DNA of 64,000 nucleotides from an uncultured Candidatus Saccharibacteria bacterium (GTDB lineage: Bacteria; Patescibacteriota; Doudnabacteria; UBA920): contig CAZLPF010000002.1 of NCBI GenBank assembly GCA_964561365.1, forward strand, positions 10,068 to 74,067, in the 5' to 3' direction. The position numbers were made by a program, and so were the translations under genes. Every line of letters begins with the position of its first letter. The first letter of the stretch is position 1. The notes below the pieces were generated by a model. It was not told where the DNA came from, searched no databases, and saw only the letters and a list, made by a program, of their open reading frames with translations. Positions 10,067-19,910 of the stretch are shown here, one piece after another.

Positions 10067-12736
10067 ATGCAGTGGCACCAGTACCAGAAAGCCCAGCTCG
10101 CCGCCGAACTCGGCGTTGACCTGGGTCGCGGCCTTACGCCCGTCGAGGCCGGGCGCCGCCTCGCCGCAAACGGCGAGAACCGTTTGCCCGAACCCAAGCC
10201 CGAGGGCTGGGGCGTCCTGTTATTTCGGCAGGTTCGGAGCCCCTTCGTCTACGTCCTGCTCATCTGCACCCTGGCCGTCCTCCTGCTCGGCAACCACCGT
10301 GACGCGGTCATTATTGCCGCGGTGCTCGCCTTCAACGCCGCCGTGGGCGCGGCGCAGGAGGGGAGGAGCCAGCGCGCGCTCCTCGGCCTGCGGAAGCTCA
10401 CCCAGCCCGAGGCCACGGTTCTCCGCGGCGGCGCCGAGGCCGTGGTGCCCGAAACCTCCGTCGTCGTCGGCGACATTCTCGTACTGAAAGAGGGCCAGCG
10501 GGTCGCCGCCGACGCGCGCGTCCTTTCGGGCAACGACCTGTCGGTTGACGAGTCGACGCTCACCGGCGAGTCGGGCGCCGTCCAAAAGCATTCGGCGGTG
10601 CTCGAGGGCGAGCACGTTTCCCTCGGCAGCCGCACGAACGTGGTGTTCAAGGGTACCGCCATGCTCACCGGCAGCGGCACGGCTGTGGTCGTGGCCACCG
10701 GCGCCGCAACCGAGCTCGGCAAAACCGCGGCGGCTGTCATGCGGCCCGACACCGACGTGCCGCTCCGCCGGAGCATGGAGGGTTTTTCGCGCGCCATTCT
10801 CGCGCTCGCGTCCGCGGCCTGCGTCGGCATTTTCATCCTCGGCGTGGCAGAAGGCCGCGACGTGCGTGAAATGTTCGCCGTGGCCGTCTCGCTCGCCGTT
10901 TCGGCTATTCCCGAAGGTTTGCCGCTCGTCGTCACGCTCACGCTCGTTACCGGCGTCTGGCGCATGGCCGCCCGGAACGCGCTCGTTAAGAAGCTGCAGG
11001 CCGTGGAGGCGCTCGGCCGGGCCGACGTGCTCTGCGTCGACAAGACGGGAACCATAACCGAGAACGCCATGGTCGTCCGCCGCCTCCACACGGGCGGCAG
11101 CATCCACCAGGTCAGCGGCGACGGCTACCGGCCCACGGGCTCGGTCTCGCGCGCCGGCAGCCCGAGCGTCACCGATGCAGACGTCCTGCGCGCCGCCACG
11201 GTCGCCGGTCTGTCAGTGAAAGCCACGGCGGCCTTCAGCGAGTCCGAAGGCCGCTACCTCGTGACCGGCGATCCAACCGAGGTCGCGCTCTCGGTCTTCG
11301 CCGAGAAGCTCGGCCGTGCGCGCGGCAGCGCTACCGGCTACCGGGAGGTCGCCGAGGCGCCCTTCGACCACCACACGCGCTTGCGCGCCACCTACTACCG
11401 GGAAGCTGCCGACGGGGTGCTCTGCGCCGCCGCCGGCGCTCCCGAAGCCATACTGGCTCGCTGCACGCACGTGCTCCGCGGCGGCCAGCGCCACCCGCTC
11501 ACCGGACACGAGCGGGGAGAAATTGAAGCCGCGGCGGCGGAGTTTGCCGGAGCGGGCCTCCGGCTCGTGAGCATCGCCGAGCGCCAGCAGCACGCGGGCG
11601 AACCGCTCGAGCGGCCCGAGCAGCTGACCTACGTCGCAACCTTCGGCATCGAGGACGCCATCCGTCCCGCGGCGAAAGCGTCGGTCGCCGACGCCCAGGC
11701 CGCGGGCCTTCGGGTAGTCATGATCACCGGCGACCACCGCCGCACCGCCGAAGCGGTGGCCAAGCAGGTCGGCATCTTCCACCCCGGTGACGAGGTTATT
11801 TCCGGCGACGAGCTCGACGAGCTCACCACCGGGCGGCTCGCCGCCCGGCTCGGGAACGTTTCAGTTTTCGCCCGGGTCAGCCCGGAGCACAAGCTCAAGA
11901 TCATTGAGGCCTACCGCGCGAACGGGAAAATCGTCGCCATGACCGGCGACGGCGTGAACGACGCGCCGCCGCTCGTAGCGGCCGACCTCGGCGTGGCCAT
12001 GGGCAAGGCCGGCACCGAGGTGGCGCGCGAGGCCGCAGACATCGTGCTGCTCGACGACAACCTCGGGAGCGTGGTGGCCGCCGTGGCCGAGGGCCGCGCC
12101 ATGTTCGCGAGCATCCAGCGCGCGCTCATGTTCCTCATTTCCACGTCGCTCGGCGAGCTCCTCACCGTCGCCGCCGCGGTCGCGCTCGGCATGCCGCTGC
12201 CGCTCCTCGCCGTGCAGATCCTCTGGCTCAACCTCGTAACCGATCCGCTCATCGGCCTCGCGCTCGCGCTCTCGGCTGCGCCCGAGGCGGCGGGCACGAA
12301 GCGCGAGCAGCCCAAAAATTTCCTCGGCCGGCGGCACCTGCCGCAGCTCCTCCTCGTGCCGCTCTGCATGGCGGCGGGGAGCCTGCTCCTGTTCTCGCGC
12401 GCCCTGCCGCTCGGCTACGGCGCGGCGACGTCGGTCGCGCTGACCGTGCTCGCCGTCTTCCAGTGGTGGAACGCGCTCGCCTGCACCGACCTGGAATCCG
12501 GGACCCTCTTCTCGAAAGCTTCCCGCCCGCGGATGCCGATCGTAGTCGCGCTCGTTCTGAACTTCGTGCTCCAGCTCGCGGCGCTCCACCTCGCGCCGCT
12601 CCGAGACCTGCTCGGCACCGTCCCGCTCTCGCCCGCGCAGTGGGTTACCATCGCGGCCGTTTCGCTCTCGGTGCTCGTTCTCGAAGAGATCCGGCGCCGC
12701 CTCACCGGCCTGCTCCGGAGCCACGGCAACCGCTAG
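10067..12736 (+). CDS. Cation-transporting P-type ATPase (P2-type, Ca/Mg-like)
   Basis: 889 aa; TGES, phosphorylation motif CVDKTGTIT, hinge MTGDGVNDAPPL, 10 TM segments. Confidence 0.9.
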   Translation: MQWHQYQKAQLAAELGVDLGRGLTPVEAGRRLAANGENRLPEPKPEGWGVLLFRQVRSPFVYVLLICTLAVLLLGNHRDAVIIAAVLAFNAAVGAAQEGRSQRALLGLRKLTQPEATVLRGGAEAVVPETSVVVGDILVLKEGQRVAADARVLSGNDLSVDESTLTGESGAVQKHSAVLEGEHVSLGSRTNVVFKGTAMLTGSGTAVVVATGAATELGKTAAAVMRPDTDVPLRRSMEGFSRAILALASAACVGIFILGVAEGRDVREMFAVAVSLAVSAIPEGLPLVVTLTLVTGVWRMAARNALVKKLQAVEALGRADVLCVDKTGTITENAMVVRRLHTGGSIHQVSGDGYRPTGSVSRAGSPSVTDADVLRAATVAGLSVKATAAFSESEGRYLVTGDPTEVALSVFAEKLGRARGSATGYREVAEAPFDHHTRLRATYYREAADGVLCAAAGAPEAILARCTHVLRGGQRHPLTGHERGEIEAAAAEFAGAGLRLVSIAERQQHAGEPLERPEQLTYVATFGIEDAIRPAAKASVADAQAAGLRVVMITGDHRRTAEAVAKQVGIFHPGDEVISGDELDELTTGRLAARLGNVSVFARVSPEHKLKIIEAYRANGKIVAMTGDGVNDAPPLVAADLGVAMGKAGTEVAREAADIVLLDDNLGSVVAAVAEGRAMFASIQRALMFLISTSLGELLTVAAAVALGMPLPLLAVQILWLNLVTDPLIGLALALSAAPEAAGTKREQPKNFLGRRHLPQLLLVPLCMAAGSLLLFSRALPLGYGAATSVALTVLAVFQWWNALACTDLESGTLFSKASRPRMPIVVALVLNFVLQLAALHLAPLRDLLGTVPLSPAQWVTIAAVSLSVLVLEEIRRRLTGLLRSHGNR

Positions 12737-12743
12737 GGGTTTA

Positions 12744-12752
12744 GGGTATACT
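12744..12752 (+). promoter_or_regulatory. Extended -10-like GGGTATACT upstream of zwf
   Basis: Motif family; 24 nt before ATG. Confidence 0.35.
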
Positions 12753-12776
12753 CAGGCAAACAATGCTCAACCCGCC

Positions 12777-14231
12777 ATGACCACGCTCAAAGACCGCATC
12801 CACCGCCTCCCGCAGCCCATTGCCCCGACCATTCTGACCATCTTCGGTTCGACGGGCGACTTGGCGTCGGACTACCTCCTGCCCGCGCTCGCGCACCTCG
12901 TCTGCCACGGCCTCGTGCCGAAAGATTTTTTCCTTGTTTGCGTCGGTCGGCGAGACCTCACGCCGCAAACCTACCTCAATTTCGTCCAAAAAAAATCAGG
13001 CCGGCTGAAGCTCTCGAAGCCTGATCGCCGGAAGCTGCTCCGGCACCTCGCGTACTTCAGGGCCGACCTCGACGACGCCGAGAGCTTTGCGGGCTTCGCC
13101 CCGTTCCTCAAGAAGCTCGAGGGCGACCGCTGCATGAACCGCCTGTTCTACCTGGCCACGGCGCCCGCCTACTTCGCCGTGGTGGGGAACATCCTCAAGC
13201 GCTTCGGCCTGCTCGTGTCCTGCGACGATCCGAAGCGTTCTCTGCGCGTCCTCATTGAAAAACCGTTCGGCAGCAGCTTCGCGTCGGCCCGCGCGCTGAA
13301 CCGCGAGCTCCTCCAGACGTTCGACGAGCGGCAAATTTACCGCATTGACCACTACCAGGGCAAAGAAACCGTCCAGAACCTCATGGTCGTCCGCTTCGCG
13401 AACTCGCTGTTCGAGCCGCTCTGGAACCGGGACTACGTTAGCCACATTGAGGTCTCGGCGCTCGAGGCCGACGACGCGCGTGACCGGGCCGCTTTTTACG
13501 ACCAGACCGGGGCGCTCAAAGACTTCCTCCAGAACCACCTCCTGCAGATACTCGCCCTCGTGGCCATGGACGAGCCGTACGACTTAACCGCAGACCACAT
13601 CCGCGGCGAGAAGCTGAAAATTTTACAGCACCTCGTTCCGTTCACGGCCAAGGGCGCGGAGCAAGACCTCGTCCGCGGCCAGTACGACGGGTACCAGAAG
13701 CACGTCGGAAACAGGAGTCAGACCGAGACCTACCTCGCGCTCAAAACCTTCATTGACACCCCGCGCTGGCGCGGCGTCCCCATGTACCTGCGCACCGGCA
13801 AAGCCCTGGGCAAAAAGCTCGCCGAGGTTTCGGTCCACTTCAAGGAGCTGCCGCGCTGCATTTTCCGGGGCTGCGCCGGCAACGTCCTGACCTTCCGCCT
13901 CCAGCCCGACGAGAGCGTCCACCTCCAGCTCAACAACAAGGTGCCGGGTTTCGGCATTGACCTCCACCAGGGCGACTACGAGTTCGGCTACCAGAAGGCC
14001 TTCATGAGCGAACTGCCGTCGGCCTACGAGCGGCTGCTGCTCGACTTCATGCAGGGCGACCAGCGGCTGTTCATCCGCTCGGACGAGATTGAGGCTGCCT
14101 GGAAGTTCGTCGATTCCGTTGCCAGCAGCTGGAGCGGAATGCCCCTCCACCGCTACCGGCCCGGCAGCAGCGGCCCGAAAGCGGCGGACGATCTCGTTGC
14201 CGGCGACGGGCGAACTTGGTGGACCACGTAG
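12777..14231 (+). CDS. zwf: Glucose-6-phosphate 1-dehydrogenase
   Basis: NADP-binding FGSTGDLA, active-site RIDHYQGKE, EKPFG motif; 484 aa. Confidence 0.9.
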   Translation: MTTLKDRIHRLPQPIAPTILTIFGSTGDLASDYLLPALAHLVCHGLVPKDFFLVCVGRRDLTPQTYLNFVQKKSGRLKLSKPDRRKLLRHLAYFRADLDDAESFAGFAPFLKKLEGDRCMNRLFYLATAPAYFAVVGNILKRFGLLVSCDDPKRSLRVLIEKPFGSSFASARALNRELLQTFDERQIYRIDHYQGKETVQNLMVVRFANSLFEPLWNRDYVSHIEVSALEADDARDRAAFYDQTGALKDFLQNHLLQILALVAMDEPYDLTADHIRGEKLKILQHLVPFTAKGAEQDLVRGQYDGYQKHVGNRSQTETYLALKTFIDTPRWRGVPMYLRTGKALGKKLAEVSVHFKELPRCIFRGCAGNVLTFRLQPDESVHLQLNNKVPGFGIDLHQGDYEFGYQKAFMSELPSAYERLLLDFMQGDQRLFIRSDEIEAAWKFVDSVASSWSGMPLHRYRPGSSGPKAADDLVAGDGRTWWTT

Positions 14232-14251
14232 TAACCGTTAACCGTAGACCA

Positions 14252-14668
14252 ATGGCAAAGAAAGTGGTGCTCGCCCTCGGCGCTGCCGGGGTGCTGTTCT
14301 CGGGGTACCTGAGCGGCGTGAAGTTTTTTAGCGCGCGGTGCGCATTCGGCGAAGGCTGTCCGCTCTTTTTGGGCAAGCCAGCTTGCTACTTCGGCTTCGC
14401 ACTGTTCTTGCTCATTTTTATCTCCGCCGCGTTCTGGGTCTTTAGCCGGCACGAGCGGATGGCACGCTACGGCGCATTTGTTTTTTCCCTGCTCGGCACC
14501 CTGTTCGCCGGCCGCTTCACCGTAGCCGAGCTGCCGCTGCTCTTTGATCGCGGGTTCAAGGCCTACGCGCTCGGGCTGCCGACCTGCGCGCTCGGATTAA
14601 TCTTTTTCGCCGCGGTCCTTTTCATTACCGTTGGCGCATGGCCGGCTTCGGAACCGAAAAGGTCCTAA
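14252..14668 (+). CDS. Small integral membrane protein with Cys motif (CAFGEGCP); hypothetical
   Basis: 4 predicted TM helices; start placed at MAKKVV (ORF track starts 14216, overlapping zwf). Confidence 0.4.
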   Translation: MAKKVVLALGAAGVLFSGYLSGVKFFSARCAFGEGCPLFLGKPACYFGFALFLLIFISAAFWVFSRHERMARYGAFVFSLLGTLFAGRFTVAELPLLFDRGFKAYALGLPTCALGLIFFAAVLFITVGAWPASEPKRS

Positions 14669-15657
14669 GCTCCGCCGTGAGCAGTCGGGTAATTGAAGCC
14701 CCGCGGGCAAGAAACTGGAAACCGGCGCTCACGCTCATTGCTTTGAGTGCGGTGCTGACCGAGCTGCTTTCCGGTAACCAGGTCTTTTCTGTTTTCCTGC
14801 AGCCGTTCAACCTCATTATCCTCCTGAGCTTCGGGTACGGCTTGCCGGTGCTCGCTATTCGCGAGCTGTGGGTCCGCAAGGGCTGGGGGCTGCCGAGCCT
14901 CTTGACCCTCGGGCTCGTCTACGGCATGCACAACGAAGGCGTCTTGGCTAAAACCTTCTTCGCCGCCGTCCACCACCCCGCGCCGAGCATGGTCGGCTAC
15001 GGCGCCGTTGGCCAGCTCAACGCGGCCTGGGCCCTGGCCATAAGTACCTGGCACGCGGTGCACGCGGTCGTCATTCCCATTTTGGTGACCCACGCGCTGT
15101 TTCCCACTGTCCAAAACCAGCCGTGGCTGACGGTACCGAAAACTTGGCTGGCCTTCCTGCTGTCCATAGCCGGCGGGGCGCTCCTGTACTTCTGGTCCCC
15201 GCTGCCGACGAACAAGGCGCTCTGGTACGCGGCCATGCTGGCCGCCGCCGCGCTGCTCTACGCGGCGGCCAGCCTGCAGGGGAGCGGCGCGCGGCCGGAA
15301 ACGGTCGCCGGAGCGAGGCCGCATTTTTGGCTCGGCTTTTTCGCGCCGCTGCTGTACCTGTGGCTGCCGGCGATTATTTCCGGGCTCAAGCTTCCGGCCG
15401 CCCTGTGCTTCGGCGCCTCGGGGCTCGCCCTCTACCTGCTCTACCGCGCGGCCAAAACCATGCAGCCCTGGGCGCTGAACGTACAGCTCAAGACGCTGCT
15501 CGGGACGCTCGTGTTTTCCTGCATTTCGCTCGGCGTCATAAGCGCCTCGGTCCGCGGCCCGCTCGAGACCATCCCGGCTGCCGTACTGTTCCTCGCCGGT
15601 TTCTACGTACTTCACCGAAAGACGAGGGCCGAAGATGTCGCCCTAGCAGCCGGTTGA
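14638..15657 (+). CDS. Polytopic membrane protein (hypothetical)
   Basis: 339 aa, >8 hydrophobic helices; start uncertain (overlaps previous gene by 31 nt). Confidence 0.45.
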   Translation: MAGFGTEKVLSSAVSSRVIEAPRARNWKPALTLIALSAVLTELLSGNQVFSVFLQPFNLIILLSFGYGLPVLAIRELWVRKGWGLPSLLTLGLVYGMHNEGVLAKTFFAAVHHPAPSMVGYGAVGQLNAAWALAISTWHAVHAVVIPILVTHALFPTVQNQPWLTVPKTWLAFLLSIAGGALLYFWSPLPTNKALWYAAMLAAAALLYAAASLQGSGARPETVAGARPHFWLGFFAPLLYLWLPAIISGLKLPAALCFGASGLALYLLYRAAKTMQPWALNVQLKTLLGTLVFSCISLGVISASVRGPLETIPAAVLFLAGFYVLHRKTRAEDVALAAG

Positions 15658-15764
15658 TTTGCGCCCGTGCATGACTGCCGCACGGCAGTTTTTTGTCTTG
15701 CCAAATGGCCTGAAATGTTCTACCATGTGCTGTTTCGCACATTGCAAAACAAGGGGAGGAAACA

Positions 15765-16901
15765 ATGCTTTCAGCGAAAGCGTTCGCGGTTCAGGCCCTG
15801 CTGCGCTGGGCTGGAATCAAAATCAACGGCAACCGTCCGTGGGACATCGTCACGAGCCAGCCGGCAGGGCTGCTCGAACGTATGGCCCAGGACGGCGCCA
15901 GTCTCGGCCTCGGCGAGGCTTACATGGGCCGCCTGTGGGAATGTCGCGATCCGGCGCAGTTGGAGCAGATGTTCCAGCACATACTCCGGTCCAAGATGCT
16001 GGATTTCGTGTCCCGCAAGTGGAAGCTCTACGGTTGCCAGGGCGAGCCACGAGCCATACGGTCCGTCGCGGCTCACTACAACCTCGGGCACGATCTGTAC
16101 GGGGCCATGCTCGACGCCAGTAAATCGTACTCGTGCCCTTACCGCATGAAAGAACTCGGTGATCTTGCGGCTGGGCAGGCGGCGAAATGGAACCTCGGCT
16201 GCCGTAAGCTCGGCCTCAAGGCTGGTGATCGCGTCCTGAACGTCGGCTGCGGTTGGGCTCCGTTCGAACGGTACGCGGCTCATAACTTTGACGCTACCGT
16301 CGTCGGCGTTACCATCGCCGAAGAGCAGGGCCGGCGGGCCCGAGAGCTCTGCGCCCGATTCGGTGATCGTATCGACATCCGGTGCATGAACTATGCCGAC
16401 CTCGACGAAACCGAGAAGTTCGACCACATCGCGTCATTCGGTATGTTCGAGCACCTCCTCCCGAAGGATCGAGCCTTCTACTTCAGTAAGCTGTGGAGGC
16501 TCCTGAAGCCGCGTGGGCGTTTCCTCCTTCACACCATCGGGAAGAAGGAGGCTGGTCCGACCGACCCCTGGACCGCGGCGTATATTTTTCCCGACAGCCA
16601 GGTGCCGACCGAGGGGGAGATTCGTGAAGTTGTCGATCCGCTGTGGGCTATCCATGACTGGCACGCGATCGGAGTAAACTACGCGCCGGCTCTCCGTGCC
16701 TGGAAAGAGAATTTCTACCGCGGATGGCCAAAGCTGCGGGGAAGCTACGAGCACCTCGTCGACGGCAGGTTTTACCGGATGTGGGAGTACTACCTTACAA
16801 GTTGTGCGGCCGCCTTCGAGGTCGGTGCGCTCGACGTTTGGCAGATACTCATGACCAAGACGGGGGATTCGCTCCCGTCCGAGATGGCCTGCGTTCGCTA
16901 A
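15765..16901 (+). CDS. cfa: Cyclopropane-fatty-acyl-phospholipid synthase family SAM-dependent methyltransferase
   Basis: SAM-binding motif VLNVGCGWAP, CFA/mycolic-acid cyclopropane synthase-like length and C-terminal region. Confidence 0.8.
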   Translation: MLSAKAFAVQALLRWAGIKINGNRPWDIVTSQPAGLLERMAQDGASLGLGEAYMGRLWECRDPAQLEQMFQHILRSKMLDFVSRKWKLYGCQGEPRAIRSVAAHYNLGHDLYGAMLDASKSYSCPYRMKELGDLAAGQAAKWNLGCRKLGLKAGDRVLNVGCGWAPFERYAAHNFDATVVGVTIAEEQGRRARELCARFGDRIDIRCMNYADLDETEKFDHIASFGMFEHLLPKDRAFYFSKLWRLLKPRGRFLLHTIGKKEAGPTDPWTAAYIFPDSQVPTEGEIREVVDPLWAIHDWHAIGVNYAPALRAWKENFYRGWPKLRGSYEHLVDGRFYRMWEYYLTSCAAAFEVGALDVWQILMTKTGDSLPSEMACVR

Positions 16902-16921
16902 CACTTCGCTGAACCAATACC

Positions 16922-16960
16922 GAGAGCCGCCCTGGGCAAACCCTGGGGCGGCTCTTTCGT
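16922..16960 (+). terminator. Rho-independent terminator after cfa
   Basis: GAGCCGCCC-TGGGCAAACCCTG-GGGCGGCTC hairpin followed by TTTCGTTT. Confidence 0.55.
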
Positions 16961-16978
16961 TTGGTTTACAATAGACGT

Positions 16979-17290
16979 ATGGAGAATTTTAGAGAACGCG
17001 TTTTGGTAATCATCGCCGCGGTACCGCGCGGCAAGGTCGTTTCCTACGGCCAGGTGGCGGCCGCGGCCGGCAGCCCCCGCGCCGCCCGCCAGGTCGGGGG
17101 TATTTTGCGAGCGCTCGATCCGGGCCAGGGTGTGCCTTGGTGGCGGGTTATAAATAGTGAAGGGTTCATTAGCATCAAGGGGAACTGGGAGGCGACGAAA
17201 GAAGTGCAAGCCGAGCTGCTCCGTCGCGAGGGTGTTGCGGTGGGCGAGGATTTTACGGTCGACATGGGCCGCTACCGCTACAATCCGTAG
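16979..17290 (+). CDS. MGMT-family alkyltransferase-like DNA-binding protein (methylated-DNA-protein-cysteine methyltransferase C-terminal domain-like)
   Basis: VPRGKVVSYGQVA...GSPRAARQVG...PWWRV resembles the DNA-binding domain of Ogt/Atl; ATG start 7 nt after TACAAT (ORF track TTG at 16961). Confidence 0.65.
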   Translation: MENFRERVLVIIAAVPRGKVVSYGQVAAAAGSPRAARQVGGILRALDPGQGVPWWRVINSEGFISIKGNWEATKEVQAELLRREGVAVGEDFTVDMGRYRYNP

Positions 17291-17293
17291 CCT

Positions 17294-17302
17294 TGGTATA
17301 CT
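17294..17302 (+). promoter_or_regulatory. Extended -10 TGGTATACT upstream of gnd
   Basis: Motif family. Confidence 0.4.
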
Positions 17303-17330
17303 TTCGGTAACGCATTCACAACTACCCGCT

Positions 17331-18236
17331 ATGGAAATCGCAGTCCTCGGCCTCGGCAGAATGGGCGGGCAGATTGCCCGCCGGCTCCACAAGAACGGCT
17401 TTTCTGTTTTCGCCTGGAACCGCTCGCCCGAACCCGTCACCGCGGCACAGCAGCTCGGCATGTTCGCCTCGCAGGATCTCGCCGAAGTTACCGGAAAATT
17501 TTCCGGTCAGCGCGTGTTCTGGGTCATGCTCACCCACACCATCGTTGAAGAGTTTTTAGAGCAGCAGCTCGGGCCGCTCCTCAAGCCCGGCGACATTGTC
17601 ATCGACGGCGGTAACTCCTTCTACAAAGACTCCGTCCGCCGCGGGGAGGCGCTGAAAGAAAAAGGCGTGCACTTCTTTGACTCCGGCACCTCGGGCGGGG
17701 TGTGGGGTGAGGAGAACGGTTTCGCGCTCATGGTCGGCGGCCCGGCCGAGCAGTGGCCGGCCATAGAGCCCATTTTCAAAACGCTCTCCTCGGGGGAGAA
17801 CTACGGGCGCGTCGGGAACAGCGGCGCCGGGCACTTCGTGAAAATGGTGCACAACGGCATTGAGTACGGCATGATGGAGGCCATTGCCGAGGGCTACGCG
17901 GTCATGGAAGCCTCGCCGTTTTCGCTCGACCTCGCGCAGGTTACGAAAATTTACCAGCAGGGCAGCGTCGTGCGCAGCTGGCTCATTGACCTGACCCGGA
18001 ACATCTTCGAGCACGAAGACGTCGCCGCTACGGCCGGGGTCATTGGCGCGCTCGGGGAGGGGGAGTGGACGGTGAACGCCGGCCACGAGTTCGGCGTCGA
18101 TGTCCGCGTCATTGAGGACAGCCTGAACGTCCGCCGGGAATCCCAGGATCCGAAGAACCAGCAGAAGTTTTCAAATAAGATCGTGGCGCTGCTCCGCAAG
18201 CAGTTCGGCGGCCACGCGGTACTCGGGAAGCCATGA
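17331..18236 (+). CDS. gnd: 6-phosphogluconate dehydrogenase, decarboxylating, short (YqeC-type) form
   Basis: Rossmann MEIAVLGLGRMGGQIA, 301 aa short-form 6PGDH; internal ATG chosen, upstream part of ORF-track ORF (17157) overlaps MGMT gene. Confidence 0.85.
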   Translation: MEIAVLGLGRMGGQIARRLHKNGFSVFAWNRSPEPVTAAQQLGMFASQDLAEVTGKFSGQRVFWVMLTHTIVEEFLEQQLGPLLKPGDIVIDGGNSFYKDSVRRGEALKEKGVHFFDSGTSGGVWGEENGFALMVGGPAEQWPAIEPIFKTLSSGENYGRVGNSGAGHFVKMVHNGIEYGMMEAIAEGYAVMEASPFSLDLAQVTKIYQQGSVVRSWLIDLTRNIFEHEDVAATAGVIGALGEGEWTVNAGHEFGVDVRVIEDSLNVRRESQDPKNQQKFSNKIVALLRKQFGGHAVLGKP

Positions 18237-18571
18237 ACGAACTGAGAGCGCACATCGCGCGGCTTCTCGCCGAGCTCGAAACGCCGCCCGACCAAGTCGA
18301 GCTCTTGCTCGCGCGCCTCGCCGTGCCGAAAAACATTCCCGAGGTCGCCGGCGAGGTTTACCGGCTCATGAAGCAGCGCGAGTCGGACCGAAAACTGACC
18401 GTTGATCTTGAGGTAGAAAAAATGAAGCGCGATCTCGCCGAAGAAACCGCGCGCTTCGCCCGGGAAATTCAGGACCTCGAACGGGAGGTTCGCCAGGCGG
18501 CCCACGAGCTGCGCCAGGAGCACGACGCGGGCCAGATTGACCAGCTCCGCCAGAATATTTCCAGCCTCTAG
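18233..18571 (+). CDS. Hypothetical coiled-coil protein
   Basis: ATGA overlap with gnd stop (translational coupling); no family recognised. Confidence 0.4.
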   Translation: MNELRAHIARLLAELETPPDQVELLLARLAVPKNIPEVAGEVYRLMKQRESDRKLTVDLEVEKMKRDLAEETARFAREIQDLEREVRQAAHELRQEHDAGQIDQLRQNISSL

Positions 18572-19201
18572 GTGCCTGTCGAGCGATTTTCGCCGGGCGA
18601 GCTCCGCACCCTTTCCCGGCTCAACACGCCGCCAAAAGTTCAGGACTTCCTCGCGACCCTGGAAGTAAATTTTGAAACGCGCGGCGACACCGTTCAGTCG
18701 CCCCGCGTGGTTTTGCGTAGCAGATCGGCGCACTGCATGGAGGGGGCTCTGCTGGCCGCAGCCGCCCTCGAACTTCACGGGTTCCCGCCGCTCGTCATGG
18801 ACCTGCGCTCGAGCCGGCACGACGTAGACCACGTCGTGGCGCTGTTTCGCCTGCGCGGCTGCTGGGGCGCTGTGGGCAAGACGAACCACGCGGTCCTGCG
18901 CTACCGCGAGCCGGTCTACCGGACCCTGCGCGAACTCGCGCTCTCGTACTTTCACGAGTACTTTTTAGACAGCGGCAAAAAGACCCTGCGCGAGTACTCG
19001 GCCCCCGTAAACTTGAAACGGTTCAATGGCCTGGGCTGGCGAACGTCAGAAAAAGATTTATTTGAAATTCCCGAAGCGGTCGACGACGCCCGCCACTACC
19101 GCATCCTCACCCTGCAGCAAATCAAGAACTTGCGGAAGGCTGATCCCATAGAAATTCAAGCCGGCAAGCTCGTGGAGTGGAAGTCGCCCGCACCGCGCTG
19201 A
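18572..19201 (+). CDS. Hypothetical protein with ordered Cys..His..Asp residues (possible papain/transglutaminase-like fold)
   Basis: 209 aa; SAHCMEGALL ... RHDVDHVVAL; assignment speculative. Confidence 0.4.
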   Translation: MPVERFSPGELRTLSRLNTPPKVQDFLATLEVNFETRGDTVQSPRVVLRSRSAHCMEGALLAAAALELHGFPPLVMDLRSSRHDVDHVVALFRLRGCWGAVGKTNHAVLRYREPVYRTLRELALSYFHEYFLDSGKKTLREYSAPVNLKRFNGLGWRTSEKDLFEIPEAVDDARHYRILTLQQIKNLRKADPIEIQAGKLVEWKSPAPR

Positions 19202-19204
19202 TTG

Positions 19205-19229
19205 AAAAACCCACCGGCCGGTGGGTTTT
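19205..19229. terminator. Bidirectional terminator (perfect 16-bp palindrome CCCACCGGCCGGTGGG flanked by A5 / T4)
   Basis: Between convergent genes 18572..19201 (+) and 19233..19844 (-). Confidence 0.7.
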
Positions 19230-19232
19230 GAT

Positions 19233-19844
19233 TTACTTCCAGAGTACCGCTCGGGCGGGAGAACCGTCGCCGCCGGATACCTTGAGCGGGAGTACCGCGC
19301 CGTCGTAGCCGCCCGGTGCCACGCCCGCCATGTTGAGGCCCTCAACGACAACTATGTGTTTTTTCAGCAGCGCGGTGTGTACCGGGTGGCCAGGGCTGCC
19401 CTTGGCCTCAATGCCGAAGTAATCAATGCCCACGAGCCAGACCCCGGCTTTCGCGAGGAGATGCGCCCCTTCGGGGGACAGGCTCACGTAGTTCGGCGTA
19501 AAGCGGCTCTGGCGGACAATGCCGTCGCTGTTCTTGGTGCGGAAGAGAATTCGTTCGCCCTTTTTCGGTTTCATTTTTTTTACATCATCGCCGGTGATCG
19601 TAGGCCTCGAGGCGACTCGAACCACCCGGAAGCGGCCGACGAGTTTTTCGAGGGGAATTTTGTCGACCGGGGCGCGGTTGAACAAAAAGTGCTTCGGCGC
19701 GTCAACGTGGGTGCCGAAGTGGCTTGAGAGTTCGAGGCGCGAGACTATAGCCGAAGTTTTGGTCTCTTCGCGTGAAAACGGCGCCTGGCCGGGCCATGCC
19801 GCGGTTTTTGCGGAGAGGGGGAGCGAGAGATCGTAAAATTTCAT
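19233..19844 (-). CDS. Cyclase family protein (kynurenine formamidase-like)
   Basis: Signature HFGTHVDAPKHF (HxGTHxDxPxH) of the putative cyclase / arylformamidase family. Confidence 0.8.
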   Translation of the reverse strand: MKFYDLSLPLSAKTAAWPGQAPFSREETKTSAIVSRLELSSHFGTHVDAPKHFLFNRAPVDKIPLEKLVGRFRVVRVASRPTITGDDVKKMKPKKGERILFRTKNSDGIVRQSRFTPNYVSLSPEGAHLLAKAGVWLVGIDYFGIEAKGSPGHPVHTALLKKHIVVVEGLNMAGVAPGGYDGAVLPLKVSGGDGSPARAVLWK

Positions 19845-19850
19845 ACGGCA

Positions 19851-19859
19851 AGTATACCA
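19851..19859 (-). promoter_or_regulatory. Extended -10 TGGTATACT (minus strand) 6 nt upstream of cyclase ATG (leaderless)
   Basis: Plus strand AGTATACCA is the reverse complement of the motif. Confidence 0.45.
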
Positions 19860-19910
19860 AAAGGAAGAGCCGGACAGTCCTCCCAGGTTGTCCGGCTCTC
19901 GATTGCAGCT

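Noticed and set aside
14665-15615. 316-aa minus-strand ORF antisense to membrane protein gene 14638..15657
   Set aside because: Composition-driven ORF with no motifs; the plus-strand product is a coherent polytopic membrane protein.
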